DNA of 64,000 bases from Candidatus Eiseniibacteriota bacterium (GTDB taxonomy: Bacteria > Eisenbacteria > RBG-16-71-46 > SZUA-252): contig OY969801.1 in the NCBI GenBank assembly GCA_963703225.1, positions 1,440,001 to 1,504,000 on the forward strand. The letters are read 5' to 3'. The notes below the pieces were generated by a model. It did not search any database. It saw only the letters and a list, made by a program, of their open reading frames with translations, and was not told where the DNA came from. The position numbers and the translations under genes are program-made. Position 1 is the first letter of the stretch. Every line of letters starts with the position of its first letter. Below, piece by piece: positions 46,846-57,862 of the stretch.

Positions 46846-47127
46846 CTACCCGTCCCTCGGAGCGTCTTGGTCGCGGGGCCGCCTCTGTTCGACAAACCGG
46901 GCGATGCTCGCGATGGACTCGAAACGTTCTGGCAGGAGATCCTCGTCCGCGACCGTGATTTCAAACTCCCGCTCGACGAAGGCCACGACCTCGAGAATTC
47001 CCAGGGAATCAAGAATGCCGTTGCCCAGCAACGGATCTCCGTCGCCGATCGCGCGCTTTCGCGCCAATGGAAATTGGTTCAGGATGAAATTCCGGACCCG
47101 GCTCTGAGCGGAGTCAGCCTGCATCAA
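46846..47127 (-). CDS. Acyl carrier protein
   Basis: GILDSLG phosphopantetheine motif. Confidence 0.88.
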   Translation of the reverse strand: MMQADSAQSRVRNFILNQFPLARKRAIGDGDPLLGNGILDSLGILEVVAFVEREFEITVADEDLLPERFESIASIARFVEQRRPRDQDAPRDG

Positions 47128-47142
47128 TCGTCTCGGAAGGGG

Positions 47143-48177
47143 TCAACTGTCCCGGTCCCCGTAGAGGAGCGGCCAGTCGCCGCACACGAGGGGCTCCTTC
47201 TCGGCCGAGTCGGGCCGGCGGTAGAGAATGACCGGGCTCGCCTCGCGAGCACGGAACCCAGCGCGCAGGAGATACGGGATGACGGGGTGCGACGAGAGCA
47301 CAGGGGCGGAGAGCGTGACGGAGCCGCGTGCCCTCAGAATGGCGGTGACCTCGTCGAGCAAGAGTCTCGTTGTCTCGGGCTCGCGGACGGATAGGTCCAT
47401 CAGCTGCGCGTGGGGTCCGGCTTGCGTGAACGCCGCGTATCCCCGGACTTCCCTTCCTGCGCGTGCGGTCAGGATCTCGTAACGGCCGAGCGGGTTCGTT
47501 CGGTATCTCCAATTCAGGTAGGCCGAGGATCGCTCCAGGTAGAGCCGAGACCGCCCCCGGATCGCGTGGTCCAACTCGTCGAACGAGTCATCGCAATCCT
47601 TGTCTTCAAGCGCCAGGGTTGTTCCCCGCGGAGGGGCTGGTCGGCGGACCGGCCGAAGGTCGGCGATGGCGCCCAAGAGCCCTGCCCCGGTCCGCAACCC
47701 AGGGATCGGAACCATGTCCCGGAACTTCGCCCCCCAGCGCAGCACCTTGGCGAAGCGGGTCATCGGACCGAACGGGTGGATTCCAAGGCGCCGATAGACC
47801 GCCATCATGGGCTCGCTCGGAAAGTCGTAGCAGAACGCGACGTCCCCCCGATCCACTCCTGAGATACAGGCCCGATTCAGCTGCAATGCCGGACCGAGCG
47901 TCCGGTATTGCTCGTGAATGCAAAAATCTCCGAGCACCCAGCAACGCTCATCGTTCCCGTCTCGAAAGGCCCGCCTCGGAAAGGCGCTCGCCATGCCGAC
48001 CGTCTCGCCGCGGCTGTCGTCGACTGCGATCCACGCCGCCGCCGGGCCGTACGGATTCGCACGATACAGCCATTCGAAGCGCGCCGCGTTCGAAAGCGGA
48101 GTCAGGTACCGACGGAGCATGTCGATGATCAGCTCCCGGTCCGCGTCCAAGTCGGCCGCCCGGATTGTGAGCCCCAC
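47143..48177 (-). CDS. GNAT-fold protein (tandem GNAT/FemAB-like)
   Basis: FEWLYRANP, DFCIHEQYRTLG, RSSAYLNWRY..NP. Confidence 0.7.
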   Translation of the reverse strand: MGLTIRAADLDADRELIIDMLRRYLTPLSNAARFEWLYRANPYGPAAAWIAVDDSRGETVGMASAFPRRAFRDGNDERCWVLGDFCIHEQYRTLGPALQLNRACISGVDRGDVAFCYDFPSEPMMAVYRRLGIHPFGPMTRFAKVLRWGAKFRDMVPIPGLRTGAGLLGAIADLRPVRRPAPPRGTTLALEDKDCDDSFDELDHAIRGRSRLYLERSSAYLNWRYRTNPLGRYEILTARAGREVRGYAAFTQAGPHAQLMDLSVREPETTRLLLDEVTAILRARGSVTLSAPVLSSHPVIPYLLRAGFRAREASPVILYRRPDSAEKEPLVCGDWPLLYGDRDS

Positions 48178-48255
48178 GGGTCTCAGCCCTTCTTCAATGC
48201 TCGAACCATGTTCGACCGGGAATCGATCGGAAAGCGAAGGCGCGCCCGATTTGGC

Positions 48256-49330
48256 TCAAGCGCGCAGCTTATTGTAGAGCAGGCGCACGCCAAAAGCAAA
48301 AATGTCCTCGTCCCACGGGGTGTCCCGGCGAAGCTCGAAGACATCCGATTCGGGCTCGTTCGAGCCATGGATGGTGGTGACGGCGTAGGTGTAGCCGGCG
48401 CTTTGGATGAGGGTTTTGGTCTCGGGGAGAAAGTCGGAGCGGGACCCGTTGGGATAGGCGAATCCATGGACGGGTACGCCGAGTTGCTCCTCGATCGTTC
48501 GCTTCGATTCCACGATTTCGCGCAGCGCCTGGGCCCGATCGACCCGAGACAAGATGGGATGTGTCGCCGTGTGCGACCCAAAGTGAATTCCGGCGCGATT
48601 CATGATCCTCACCTCTTCCCACGAGAGCATGAGCCCGGACGCCGCGGCGGGCGGACCGACGCGCAACGCATGCCGAAGCCGCGAGACAGCCTCCGCCCGT
48701 TGGGCCTCGCTCAGCGTTCGAATGTGCGCGAGGAACGCGTATTGGAGGCGGAGCCGATCGTCGACGGTTCCCAGGGAGCCTCGAATCCCTTCCGGACCGA
48801 AGGGCTCGAGGGTCGACTCGGCGGTCTCCCGAAAGGCGGAAAACACCTCGTCATGCCACAGCCGCCGATCCGATCCGATGACCGAGGTCGCGAGGAAGAT
48901 CGTCGCGGGGATCGAGTATCGCTGAAGAATCGGAAACGCGTGGAGGTAGTTATCGCGATACCCATCGTCGAGAGTGACGGCGATGGCGTTGTCCGGGAGG
49001 GTGCCACCGCGGAGGCCCGCGACAAGCTCCTGAAGCGACAAGACGCGAAAGCGGGACGATACGTATGCCATCTGGCGCTCGAACTCGGGCGGCCGGGACG
49101 CCCCTAAAGAAGGGATCGCCCTCGTCGTTCACGCGATGGTAAATGAGAATCTGGGCGTTGCGGGCCCTGCGCGGCTCGATGAAGGGGAACGCGGGGCGGC
49201 CGGCTGAATTGACCCGGAGGCGAGCGCCGTTCACCAGGGGGCGTGCGACGGCCAAGACGCCGCTCCAATGGAGAAATCGGGACGCGGAGCGGAAGGCGCG
49301 AGTTCGGAAGGTGTGCCGGTTGGAGTCCAT
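48256..49330 (-). CDS. Polysaccharide deacetylase (NodB/CE4); frameshift near 49100
   Basis: ILIYHRV in ORF 48950. TLDDGYRDN, GSHTATHPIL and FAYPNG in ORF 48256. Confidence 0.85.
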
Positions 49331-49333
49331 GAC

Positions 49334-51268
49334 TCAGGCCCGGCTTTCGGGCGCAGCCGAGGTGCCCCTTCCGTCGGGATCGAGGCCCCGATGCCACAAC
49401 TCTAGGATCATCAGATTCCACACCGTCGTTCCAAAGAAAGAGGTCGGATCGGAACGATGCTGCCGGATGAGCGCTTCGAGCGCTTCCCTTCGAAAGTAGC
49501 CCCGAGAGAGCGCCCGGTGCCCGAGCACCAAGTCGTCCATCATCTCCATCAGCACCTTGTCGGTCTGGAGCCAGTGCGCGATCGGAAGCCCGAATCCATG
49601 CTTCGACTTCGCCCGCACCTCATGCGGAAGAAGGTCGGCGTACGCTCGCTTGAAGAACGTGCGAAGCTCCCGCCCGCGCATTTTCATGGACGCGGGAACG
49701 GTCATGGCGAACTCGGCGAGATGATAGTCCAGAAACGGAAATCGGACCGTCACCCCGGCCGCTTCGCTCATCCGCGTGACCTTGAAGAGATCGTTGTCCG
49801 AGATCGCGAGATGGAGGTCCAGGTAGAGCTGACGGTCCAGCTCCGTGCGCGCGGGTGCCTCGTCGTGGAGCCGTTCCAACGTGGCACCGGGATCGTATCC
49901 TCGCCCCACCTCGGCTAGAAAGTCGGCCGTCAGAAATCCCTCCATCGGAACGACGTTGAAAAAGTCGTAGGAAGTCAGCCGCTTTCCGGGAGAAAGCATG
50001 GCGCGCGCGATGTACTTCTTACCCTTGACGAATAGATCCCAGCGGAAGCGATCCGCGAGGGCGTCGACAACGGGCCGAATCATGCCTCGGCCCACCCAGG
50101 CCGGAATGCGATTGAAGTACTCGAACAGCTGCTGCGTCGCGTAGCGCTCGTTTCCGCCGAACAACTCATCTCCACCGTCTCCAGCGTAGAGTACGTCCAC
50201 GCCGTGGTCGCGCGCGAGCCGTGCGCACAGATACGTCGGCACGGCGGAGGCGTTGCCGAACGGCTCATCGAACGATGCCAGAAGCGTGGGGAGCATCGCG
50301 GGCACGTCCTTGGGAACGACGAAGTACTCGAAGTGTTCCGCGCCGAGGGCGCGGGCTGCGATCCGTGCATAGCTGATCTCATTGAACCGGGGCTCGCCGA
50401 ATCCGATCGAAAAACTCTTCACGGGCCGGCCGGCGGCCTGCATGAGGATCCCGGTGACGGTGCTGCTGTCGATCCCGCCACTCAAGAATGTTCCCAGGTG
50501 GTCGGGTTCCCCGTCCACTCGAAGGCGGCGCGCGATCGCCTCGGAGAATCGCGAGCGGAGGCTTGACGCGAGCTCGGGCTCGCGGGCCGTGCTCGGGTGG
50601 AGAAAGCTGATCCTCCAATAGGGGGCTAGCGATGTCTTGCCCTGTCGGTGGGTCAGGAGGTGGCCGGGGGGGAGCTTGACGACTTCGCGGAACACGGTCT
50701 TGGGCGTGGGGATGGCCGAAGACGCCACCGTGTCGACGATGGCATCGGCCCGGATGGTGGCCGGGACCGGGATGGGCGACGCGAGGAGCGCCCCGATCCG
50801 CGAAGCGAACACGAGCTGGTCGGGACGGTCGCTGTAGAAAAGAGGCTGGATTCGGAAGCGGTCGGTAGCGACGTAGAGCTCCTCGATCCTCCCGTCCCAT
50901 AGGGCGAGCGATAGCTCGCCGTCCAGGCGCTCGATGAAGGAGATCCCCTCGCGCAGATAGCGCCCGAGCATTCCCTCGGGGAGATCCGCTCGCACGCCGC
51001 CGTGGTCTGCCGATGGGGCGGGTTCGTAAAGGCTCCCGTAGAGGACGATCGCGACCGGGGCCCCGTCGCTCGTCGCGCGGGCCACTCCCCCCACCTGCCT
51101 GCCGAAGAGCGACGATCCGAATAGGACGGGCCCAACGGCCAGGGTCGTTGTTCTCGCCGCGCCCTCGTTGCCTGGGCCGACCGAGAGCCGCCTGCACATC
51201 GCCTCAAGGGAGGCCGGCGCCAGCTCTGCATCCTTGCTCTTCGCGAGGACGCCGCAAATCCCGCTCAT
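49334..51268 (-). CDS. Asparagine synthase-like amidoligase (N-terminal Cys replaced: MSGICG)
   Basis: FLSGGIDSS, FDEPFGNAS, GDGGDELFGG, RFPFLD, KHGFGLP. Confidence 0.85.
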   Translation of the reverse strand: MSGICGVLAKSKDAELAPASLEAMCRRLSVGPGNEGAARTTTLAVGPVLFGSSLFGRQVGGVARATSDGAPVAIVLYGSLYEPAPSADHGGVRADLPEGMLGRYLREGISFIERLDGELSLALWDGRIEELYVATDRFRIQPLFYSDRPDQLVFASRIGALLASPIPVPATIRADAIVDTVASSAIPTPKTVFREVVKLPPGHLLTHRQGKTSLAPYWRISFLHPSTAREPELASSLRSRFSEAIARRLRVDGEPDHLGTFLSGGIDSSTVTGILMQAAGRPVKSFSIGFGEPRFNEISYARIAARALGAEHFEYFVVPKDVPAMLPTLLASFDEPFGNASAVPTYLCARLARDHGVDVLYAGDGGDELFGGNERYATQQLFEYFNRIPAWVGRGMIRPVVDALADRFRWDLFVKGKKYIARAMLSPGKRLTSYDFFNVVPMEGFLTADFLAEVGRGYDPGATLERLHDEAPARTELDRQLYLDLHLAISDNDLFKVTRMSEAAGVTVRFPFLDYHLAEFAMTVPASMKMRGRELRTFFKRAYADLLPHEVRAKSKHGFGLPIAHWLQTDKVLMEMMDDLVLGHRALSRGYFRREALEALIRQHRSDPTSFFGTTVWNLMILELWHRGLDPDGRGTSAAPESRA

Positions 51269-51409
51269 GAGCTTGTCTCACCCTCCGGGACGGCGGGCCG
51301 GCGCGGGAGAAGCCATGTCGTCTTGCGCGGTGGAATTCGTGGAAGGAAAACCGGGTGGGGGCTGAACGAACACTTCATGCGCATGGAATGGTATTCTCAC
51401 GCGGTGCGA

Positions 51410-52630
51410 ATGTCCACACGGAAGTCCGCTCCGCATCGGCCCATCCGGGTCGCGCATGTCGTCGACCTTCTGGCTCTCGCGGGGATGGAGTACGGCGTGA
51501 TCAAGCTCGTGAATCGCCTCGATCCCGAGCAGATCAGCCCCATGATCGTCTGCATGCGCCATAAGACCGAGGACGTCGACAAACTGCTCGCGAGCACGAT
51601 CCCGGTGTTTGAGCTCCATAAGAGTCCGGGACGCAACTGGCGAGTGATCGGTCGGCTTGCTGCCCTGCTCCGGAGCGAGCGCGTCGACATCGTCCACTCC
51701 CACAATTGGTCCACCCTTCTCTACTCCGTCGCGGCCGCACGGCTCGCGGGGGTCCCGATCGTGGTGCATGGGGAGCACGGAAAGGATGAGACGATCCCCC
51801 ATCGCGGGCGGCTGATGGCGAGCCGCGTTCTGGGCCGCGGCGTGGCGCGGATTTGCACGGTGTCTCGGGACCTAGCGGAGGAACTGATTCGAGACTGGCG
51901 CGTTCCTCGAGAGCGAGTGACGCGAATTCCAAACGGGGTCGATCTCGAGGCCTTCGACAGCCACTTCCAGCCCGACGGAGTCCGCGAGGAGCTGCAGCTG
52001 ACCTCCGACAACCGCGTCGTGATGACCACGGGCGGATTTCGGCCGATCAAGGATCTCCCGACGTTGCTCCGCGCGTTCGCGCGCGTTCACCGGGCCGATC
52101 CGCTCGCCCGGCTTCTGCTGGTCGGGAGGGGGGATTCCGCAGCCCCTCACGCGGGATTGGATCGGCTCGCCGCTGAGTTGGGAGTCGCGGGAGCTGTTCG
52201 ATTCCTGGGCGTACGCCAGGACGTCCCCAGACTGCTGCAAGTCTGCGACGTCTACGTGAACTCCTCTCGGTTCGAGGGCATGTCCAACACCGTTCTGGAG
52301 GCGATGGCCGCGGGGAAACCGGTCGTCGCGACCGAAGTCGGCGGGAATCCGGAGATCGTGGAAGACGGCGTGACGGGGTTTCTGGTTCCGCCCGGGCAGG
52401 AAGAGCCGATGGCGGCCCGCATTGGTTGCTTGTTGAACGACCCGTCGCTTCGAAGCCGGATGGGCGCCTCGGGACGGGCGCGGATCGAGGCGGAACACTC
52501 CATGACAGGGATGATCCGCACCTATTCCGACCTCTACAAGGATCTCTGGGCGGGACGGGGCGGCCGTCGTCACGCGGCTTCCGAACATGCTACCATTTCT
52601 CCACGCGAGACAAGGGATCCGGCGCTCTAA
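51410..52630 (+). CDS. Glycosyltransferase family 4 (PEP-CTERM/XrtA-associated type)
   Basis: [34 protein letters not shown]. Confidence 0.88.
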   Translation: MSTRKSAPHRPIRVAHVVDLLALAGMEYGVIKLVNRLDPEQISPMIVCMRHKTEDVDKLLASTIPVFELHKSPGRNWRVIGRLAALLRSERVDIVHSHNWSTLLYSVAAARLAGVPIVVHGEHGKDETIPHRGRLMASRVLGRGVARICTVSRDLAEELIRDWRVPRERVTRIPNGVDLEAFDSHFQPDGVREELQLTSDNRVVMTTGGFRPIKDLPTLLRAFARVHRADPLARLLLVGRGDSAAPHAGLDRLAAELGVAGAVRFLGVRQDVPRLLQVCDVYVNSSRFEGMSNTVLEAMAAGKPVVATEVGGNPEIVEDGVTGFLVPPGQEEPMAARIGCLLNDPSLRSRMGASGRARIEAEHSMTGMIRTYSDLYKDLWAGRGGRRHAASEHATISPRETRDPAL

Positions 52631-52708
52631 CTCTCAGAGATGTTGACGCGCCGGCTGGTCTTCCGCCGCGTACCGGTACCGACCACGAAGCCAGGGGAAC
52701 GAAACGTC

Positions 52709-54634
52709 ATGTGCGGATTTGCGGGCACGATGGATACGCGCGACCGCCGGCCACAGAGCCGGAGTGTGCTCGAACGCATGAACGAAGTCATTGTTCACAG
52801 AGGGCCGGATGCCAGCGGGTATCACGAGGAGCCGGGCCTGGGCCTGGCCCACCGGCGCCTCTCCATCATCGACCTCTCGGGGGGGAGCCAGCCGCTCTAC
52901 AACGAGGACCGGAGCGTCGTCGTCGTGTACAACGGCGAGATCTACAATTTTCAGACGCTCGTCGACGAGCTGGTCTCCCTCGGACACACCTTCCACACCC
53001 GATGCGACACCGAGGTGATCGTCCACGGCTGGGAGCAATGGGGCGAGCGTTGCGTCGATCGGTTCCGCGGGATGTTCACCTTCGCCCTCTGGGATCGGAA
53101 TTCAGAAACACTCTTTCTGGCTCGCGACCGCTTGGGCGTGAAGCCGCTCTACTACGCCGCGCTCCCCGATGGGACCCTTCTGTTCGGATCGGAGCTCAAG
53201 ACGCTTCTCTGCCACCCAGGAGTCTCGCGGGCTTTCGACCCTTGCGCGATTGAAGATTACTTCGCTTACGGGTACGTCCCGGAGCCGCGCACGATCCTCG
53301 CGCAGGCGCTGAAGCTGCCCCCTGCACACACACTGACCGTGCGGCGCGGAAAGCCGGTGCCCGAGCCGCGCCCCTTCTGGGATGTCTCGTTTTGTCCGAA
53401 CGGTTCCCGATCGGTCGAGGACGCGGGACGAGAGCTCATCGAGCGCCTGCGCGAAGCGGTTCGGATTCGCCTCATCGCCGAAGTGCCGCTCGGCGCGTTC
53501 TTGTCGGGGGGCGTTGACTCCAGCGCCGTGGTCGCGCTGATGGCCGGGCTCTCTCCTGAGCCCGTCAACACGTGCACGATGGCCTTCGGGGAGCGCGGGT
53601 TCGACGAGTCCGACTTTGCCGAGGAGGTCGCCCGGAAGTATGAGACGAATCATCAGGTCGAGACGGTGAGCCCCGATAGCTTCGACCTGGTCGGGCTGCT
53701 CGGTGACCTCTACGACGAGCCATTTGCGGACAGTTCCGCGATTCCGACGTACCGCGTCTGTGGATTGGCGCGCAAGCGAGTCACCGTCGCCCTCTCGGGG
53801 GACGGCGGCGACGAGAATCTGGCAGGCTATCGCCGTTACCGCTGGCACGTCTACGAGGACCACGTTCGCTCCGCGCTCCCTCGTGCAATCCGGCGGCCGA
53901 TGTTCGGCCTCCTGGGCGCGCTCTACCCCAAAGCGGACTGGGCGCCGAGAGTTCTTCGGGCGAAGGCGACGCTGCAGGGTATCGCCCGCGACTCCGTCGA
54001 GGCCTACTTTCACAGCGTCTCGCTCATGGGCAACGCTCAGCGCCAACGGTTGTACCGGGACTCATTCCGAAGGGAGCTGCAGGGATACAACGCGATCGAG
54101 GTCCTGCGTCGACACGCCCAACGGGCCCCCACTTCGGATCCGCTCTCGATGGTCCAGTACCTGGATCTCAAGACCTACTTGCCCGGAGACATACTGACCA
54201 AGGTGGATCGCGCGAGCATGGCCCACTCGTTGGAGGTCCGCGTTCCCCTGTTGGACCACCTGCTGGTGGAATGGCTTGCCGGGCTCCCTTCCGGGATGAA
54301 GCTCCACGGACGCGAGGGCAAGTACATCTTCAAGCGCGCCCTGGAGCCGTATCTTCCGAAAGATCTCCTCTACCGGCCCAAGATGGGATTTGCCGTTCCC
54401 CTCGCGACCTGGTTCCGGGGTCCCCTGAGACAGCGGGTTCGCGAAGCCGTGCTCGGCGACGCGATGCGAGAGCTGGGCTATTTCGATCTGGTCACCGTCG
54501 AACGAATGATCGACCAGCATCAGGCTGGAATCAGGGACTACAGCGCTCCTCTCTGGGCGCTCATGATGTTTGAATCAAGCCTGCAACGGATGCTCGGGAT
54601 GCGGACGCAAGCGAGCGAAGCGGTCGGGATGTAG
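52709..54634 (+). CDS. Asparagine synthase-type amidotransferase (XrtA/PEP-CTERM system)
   Basis: MCGFAG, HRGPD, HRRLSIIDL, NGEIYN, LSGGVDSS, KVDRASMAHSLEVRVP. Confidence 0.92.
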   Translation: MCGFAGTMDTRDRRPQSRSVLERMNEVIVHRGPDASGYHEEPGLGLAHRRLSIIDLSGGSQPLYNEDRSVVVVYNGEIYNFQTLVDELVSLGHTFHTRCDTEVIVHGWEQWGERCVDRFRGMFTFALWDRNSETLFLARDRLGVKPLYYAALPDGTLLFGSELKTLLCHPGVSRAFDPCAIEDYFAYGYVPEPRTILAQALKLPPAHTLTVRRGKPVPEPRPFWDVSFCPNGSRSVEDAGRELIERLREAVRIRLIAEVPLGAFLSGGVDSSAVVALMAGLSPEPVNTCTMAFGERGFDESDFAEEVARKYETNHQVETVSPDSFDLVGLLGDLYDEPFADSSAIPTYRVCGLARKRVTVALSGDGGDENLAGYRRYRWHVYEDHVRSALPRAIRRPMFGLLGALYPKADWAPRVLRAKATLQGIARDSVEAYFHSVSLMGNAQRQRLYRDSFRRELQGYNAIEVLRRHAQRAPTSDPLSMVQYLDLKTYLPGDILTKVDRASMAHSLEVRVPLLDHLLVEWLAGLPSGMKLHGREGKYIFKRALEPYLPKDLLYRPKMGFAVPLATWFRGPLRQRVREAVLGDAMRELGYFDLVTVERMIDQHQAGIRDYSAPLWALMMFESSLQRMLGMRTQASEAVGM

Positions 54635-54636
54635 GG

Positions 54637-55848
54637 GTGCGGATTCTCCACATCCTGGATCACTCGATACCCCTCCACAGCGGGTACTCCTTCCGCACCT
54701 TGGCGATTCTCCGGGAACAGCGCCACATCGGGTGGGAGACCGTCCACCTCACGGGGCCCAAGCAGGAAGGCTGCCACGTCGACGAGGAACAGGTCGATGG
54801 GCTCCACTTTTACCGAACACGAGCTAGCTCAAGTCCGATCGCCTCGGTGCCCGGGGTGGGAGAAATCTTAGTGATGCGCCAGCTGGAGGCCCGTCTCAGG
54901 GTCGTGGCGCAAAAGGTCCAGCCAGACGTCTTGCACGCCCACTCCCCCGTCTTGAATGCGCTGCCGACACTCCGCATCGGACGAGAGTTGGGGATCCCGG
55001 TCGTCTACGAAGTGAGGGCTTTCTGGGAGGACGCCGCCGCGGACCACGGCACGGCCCCGGCGTGGGGTCCCCGCTATCGAATGACGCGCGCGCTGGAGAC
55101 GCACGCGCTCCGTCGTGTGGCGGCCGTGACGACAATATGCGAGGGGCTCCGTGGAGACATCGTCCGCCGCGGAATCTCCACGGACCGGGTCACGGTCATT
55201 CCCAATGCCGTGGATGTGTCGAGGTTCCCTGGGGCGAGCGGGCCCGACCCGACGCTCGCGCGGGAGCTGGGCCTCCAGGGTGCTCCGGTGATCGGCTTCA
55301 TCGGGTCCTTCTACCACTACGAGGGCCTGGAGGTGCTCCTCCGCGCGGTTCCCACGCTGCTCTCCCACGCACCCGGCGTGAAGGTGCTCTTGGCGGGAGG
55401 GGGCCCGGAAGAAACCCGGCTTCGCTCCCAGGCAGCGGCGATGGGCCTCAGCGATCAGGTTCGGTTTGTGGGCCGGGTGCCGCACGAGCAGGTGAATCGT
55501 TATTACAGCCTGATCGACGTCCTGGTCTATCCGCGGCTCCACAGCCGGTTGACCGACCTGGTGACACCGCTCAAGCCACTGGAGGCGATGGCGCTCGGGC
55601 GGCTCGTGGTTGCGTCCGATGTGGGCGGTCATCGCGAGCTCGTTCGCGACGGCGAGACCGGCGTTCTATTTCGCGCGGGCGACGCGGAGGCCCTCTCGGC
55701 CGCGGTGCTTCGTCTCCTTCGCTCGCCGGAGATCTGGCAGGGGCTCCGGAACGAGGCCAGGCGCTTTGTCGAGACGGAGCGCTCGTGGCCCGCGGTTGTG
55801 GATCGCTATCGGAAGGTCTACGCCTCGGCGCAAGCCCGGAGGCCATGA
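54637..55848 (+). CDS. Glycosyltransferase family 4 (PEP-CTERM/XrtA system)
   Basis: LDHSIPLHSGYSFRT, YEVRAFWEDAA, LVTPLKPLEAMA. Confidence 0.9.
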   Translation: MRILHILDHSIPLHSGYSFRTLAILREQRHIGWETVHLTGPKQEGCHVDEEQVDGLHFYRTRASSSPIASVPGVGEILVMRQLEARLRVVAQKVQPDVLHAHSPVLNALPTLRIGRELGIPVVYEVRAFWEDAAADHGTAPAWGPRYRMTRALETHALRRVAAVTTICEGLRGDIVRRGISTDRVTVIPNAVDVSRFPGASGPDPTLARELGLQGAPVIGFIGSFYHYEGLEVLLRAVPTLLSHAPGVKVLLAGGGPEETRLRSQAAAMGLSDQVRFVGRVPHEQVNRYYSLIDVLVYPRLHSRLTDLVTPLKPLEAMALGRLVVASDVGGHRELVRDGETGVLFRAGDAEALSAAVLRLLRSPEIWQGLRNEARRFVETERSWPAVVDRYRKVYASAQARRP

Positions 55849-55865
55849 GGCCGGCTCCGCCGGGC

Positions 55866-57062
55866 TCACGCCTTTCGGGACCTTTGCCCGGACACGGCCG
55901 CTTGGAAGACGCGGAAGGCGTCCGCCGCGGTCCGGCTCCAATTCCATTGTTTGGCGAAGTCAGCGATCCCGGCTCGATCCCATGGTGTTCCGAGCGCGGT
56001 TCTGAGCGCCGCGGCCAGGGAGGAGCTATTCCGCTCGGATAGGATCCCGACTTGCTCGGACCGGATGATCTCGGGGATTCCTCCCACGGCGGTCGCGACC
56101 ACGGGTATGCCGCACGCGAGCGCCTCCAAGATGGCGTTCGGCATTCCCTCCATGGCGCTCGCCAAGCAAACGACATCCGCCGCGCCGTACCAGAGGCGGA
56201 GCGCGGCATGAGGCACGCGCCCGACCAGGCGCACCCGGTCCGCCAATCCCCGCGCCTGGATCGCTCGGGCAAGCTCCGCACGGAATGGACCCTCCCCCAC
56301 AATCGCGAGACGGAGGTCCCTCAGTCCCTCCTCGGCCGAAAGGCGCCCCACAGCCTCCGCGACAATGTGGAATCCCTTGTTCTCGCTCAGATGGCCCACG
56401 CAAAGGACCATTCGCCCCGGTGGCAGCCCGAGCGTGGTGCGCGCTTCTTCCTGTCGCATGGGATGGAACCTCGCTGGGTCCACGCCATTCGGAATCACGG
56501 CGATGCGGTCTCGCCGCGCGCCCAGCTCGACCATCGCGTCCTGGAGCGCCCTCGAGACCGCGATGATGCCCGCGGCCGCATCCAGCGTGGATTGAATCTG
56601 CCGCCGAATGAGGGGAAAGGTGCGGAAGAGATTGATGTCGCTCCCACGAGCCGAGACGACGAACGGGCGGTCGAAGTGCCGAGCCAGCCGCGCGGCGGCG
56701 AACCCGTCGGGGTAGACGTAATGCGCGTCCAGCAAGTCGAAATCGAAGTCGCGCCGGATGTCGCGGACCGAGCCCAGCAGGGAGCGGTACATCATCCACC
56801 CGTGCGCGGTCATCCCGATCTTGGGGATCAGCGCGTAGCGCGGGTGAAACACTTCCAGACCATCGAGTGTCTCGCGGCGGCACACTTGTGAGAAGGAGCC
56901 GTAGCGGCCGCCCAGCATCGGCGGGGCGTACGGCACCGGCGCGACGATCTTGACCGCGCAGTCCCCCGCCTGCGGGTAGTGACGCACGCGCTCCCGAATG
57001 AAAACACCGTGCTCTGGCCAGACGTTGTTGGGATAGAGAGACGTGAAAACGAGGATGTTCAC
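55866..57062 (-). CDS. Glycosyltransferase family 4 (TuaC-like)
   Basis: FTSLYPN...HGVF, DAHYVYPDG, ARGSDIN, EGMPNAILEA. Confidence 0.88.
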   Translation of the reverse strand: MNILVFTSLYPNNVWPEHGVFIRERVRHYPQAGDCAVKIVAPVPYAPPMLGGRYGSFSQVCRRETLDGLEVFHPRYALIPKIGMTAHGWMMYRSLLGSVRDIRRDFDFDLLDAHYVYPDGFAAARLARHFDRPFVVSARGSDINLFRTFPLIRRQIQSTLDAAAGIIAVSRALQDAMVELGARRDRIAVIPNGVDPARFHPMRQEEARTTLGLPPGRMVLCVGHLSENKGFHIVAEAVGRLSAEEGLRDLRLAIVGEGPFRAELARAIQARGLADRVRLVGRVPHAALRLWYGAADVVCLASAMEGMPNAILEALACGIPVVATAVGGIPEIIRSEQVGILSERNSSSLAAALRTALGTPWDRAGIADFAKQWNWSRTAADAFRVFQAAVSGQRSRKA

Positions 57063-57109
57063 GTCGACGGAGCGACGTCGCGGGCCCGAATGAGTCCGAG
57101 CGGCCTCAG

Positions 57110-57856
57110 CTAGTTCCCCCGGCCCCCACCTGGAGGGCCAGCGCGGGATCCGGAGCTGTCCGCCTTCGCCGTGGTCCTGGGCATCATGAGCGCCTTCCCG
57201 GCACCGGGCGGCAGTGCCTCCTCCAGCCATGCTCGGGCCTGGATGAAGTCCGGATCGATCCGCAGCGCCTCCATGAACTCGGCGATTCCGGCGTTGGTGG
57301 CGCCGATCTCAACGAGAAAGTGTCCATATTGCGCGTGGGTGTACGCGTACTGCGGATAAAGCTTCAGCGCTCGCTCAAAGTATCCAATGGCCATGGAGTC
57401 CTGATTGGTCGCCTTCGCAATCTCCGCCATGAGATGGAGCGCTCCGGGATGGTTCGGGAAGTACCGGAGAGCGTATTCGCAGTCCGCGATGGGGTCTTGA
57501 TACTTTCCCGCAAAGAACAGCTTCCAGGTCCGCTCGCTGGCGTGCGCCCGATCGACCAGGAACAGTTGGAGCTTCGTCTCGGGATTGAGGTTGGCGATGA
57601 AGTAGTCGAGGTCGATGAGGCTGCCCGCCAGATTTCGATCGCTGTATGCATTCGCCTGCCCGCTGGCTTCGAGTGGGACGAACAGAGCGGAGGAAATAAG
57701 GGCAATCAAGATGGTTCCATAAGACCACGCGAAGCCCACACGTCGCACGATCACGATTCCTGGAACGCCTGGTACGTGCCCACCGGCTGATTTTATCACG
57801 CGACGCGGTCTGGCGGCAATCGAGCCCCGGGCTCTCTGCGGCTCGGCTCGATCCAA
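57110..57856 (-). CDS. Exported TPR protein (start uncertain)
   Basis: Signal-like segment, YALRYFPNHPGAL, TPR repeats. Confidence 0.65.
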   Translation of the reverse strand: MDRAEPQRARGSIAARPRRVIKSAGGHVPGVPGIVIVRRVGFAWSYGTILIALISSALFVPLEASGQANAYSDRNLAGSLIDLDYFIANLNPETKLQLFLVDRAHASERTWKLFFAGKYQDPIADCEYALRYFPNHPGALHLMAEIAKATNQDSMAIGYFERALKLYPQYAYTHAQYGHFLVEIGATNAGIAEFMEALRIDPDFIQARAWLEEALPPGAGKALMMPRTTAKADSSGSRAGPPGGGRGN

Positions 57857-57862
57857 ACTCGG

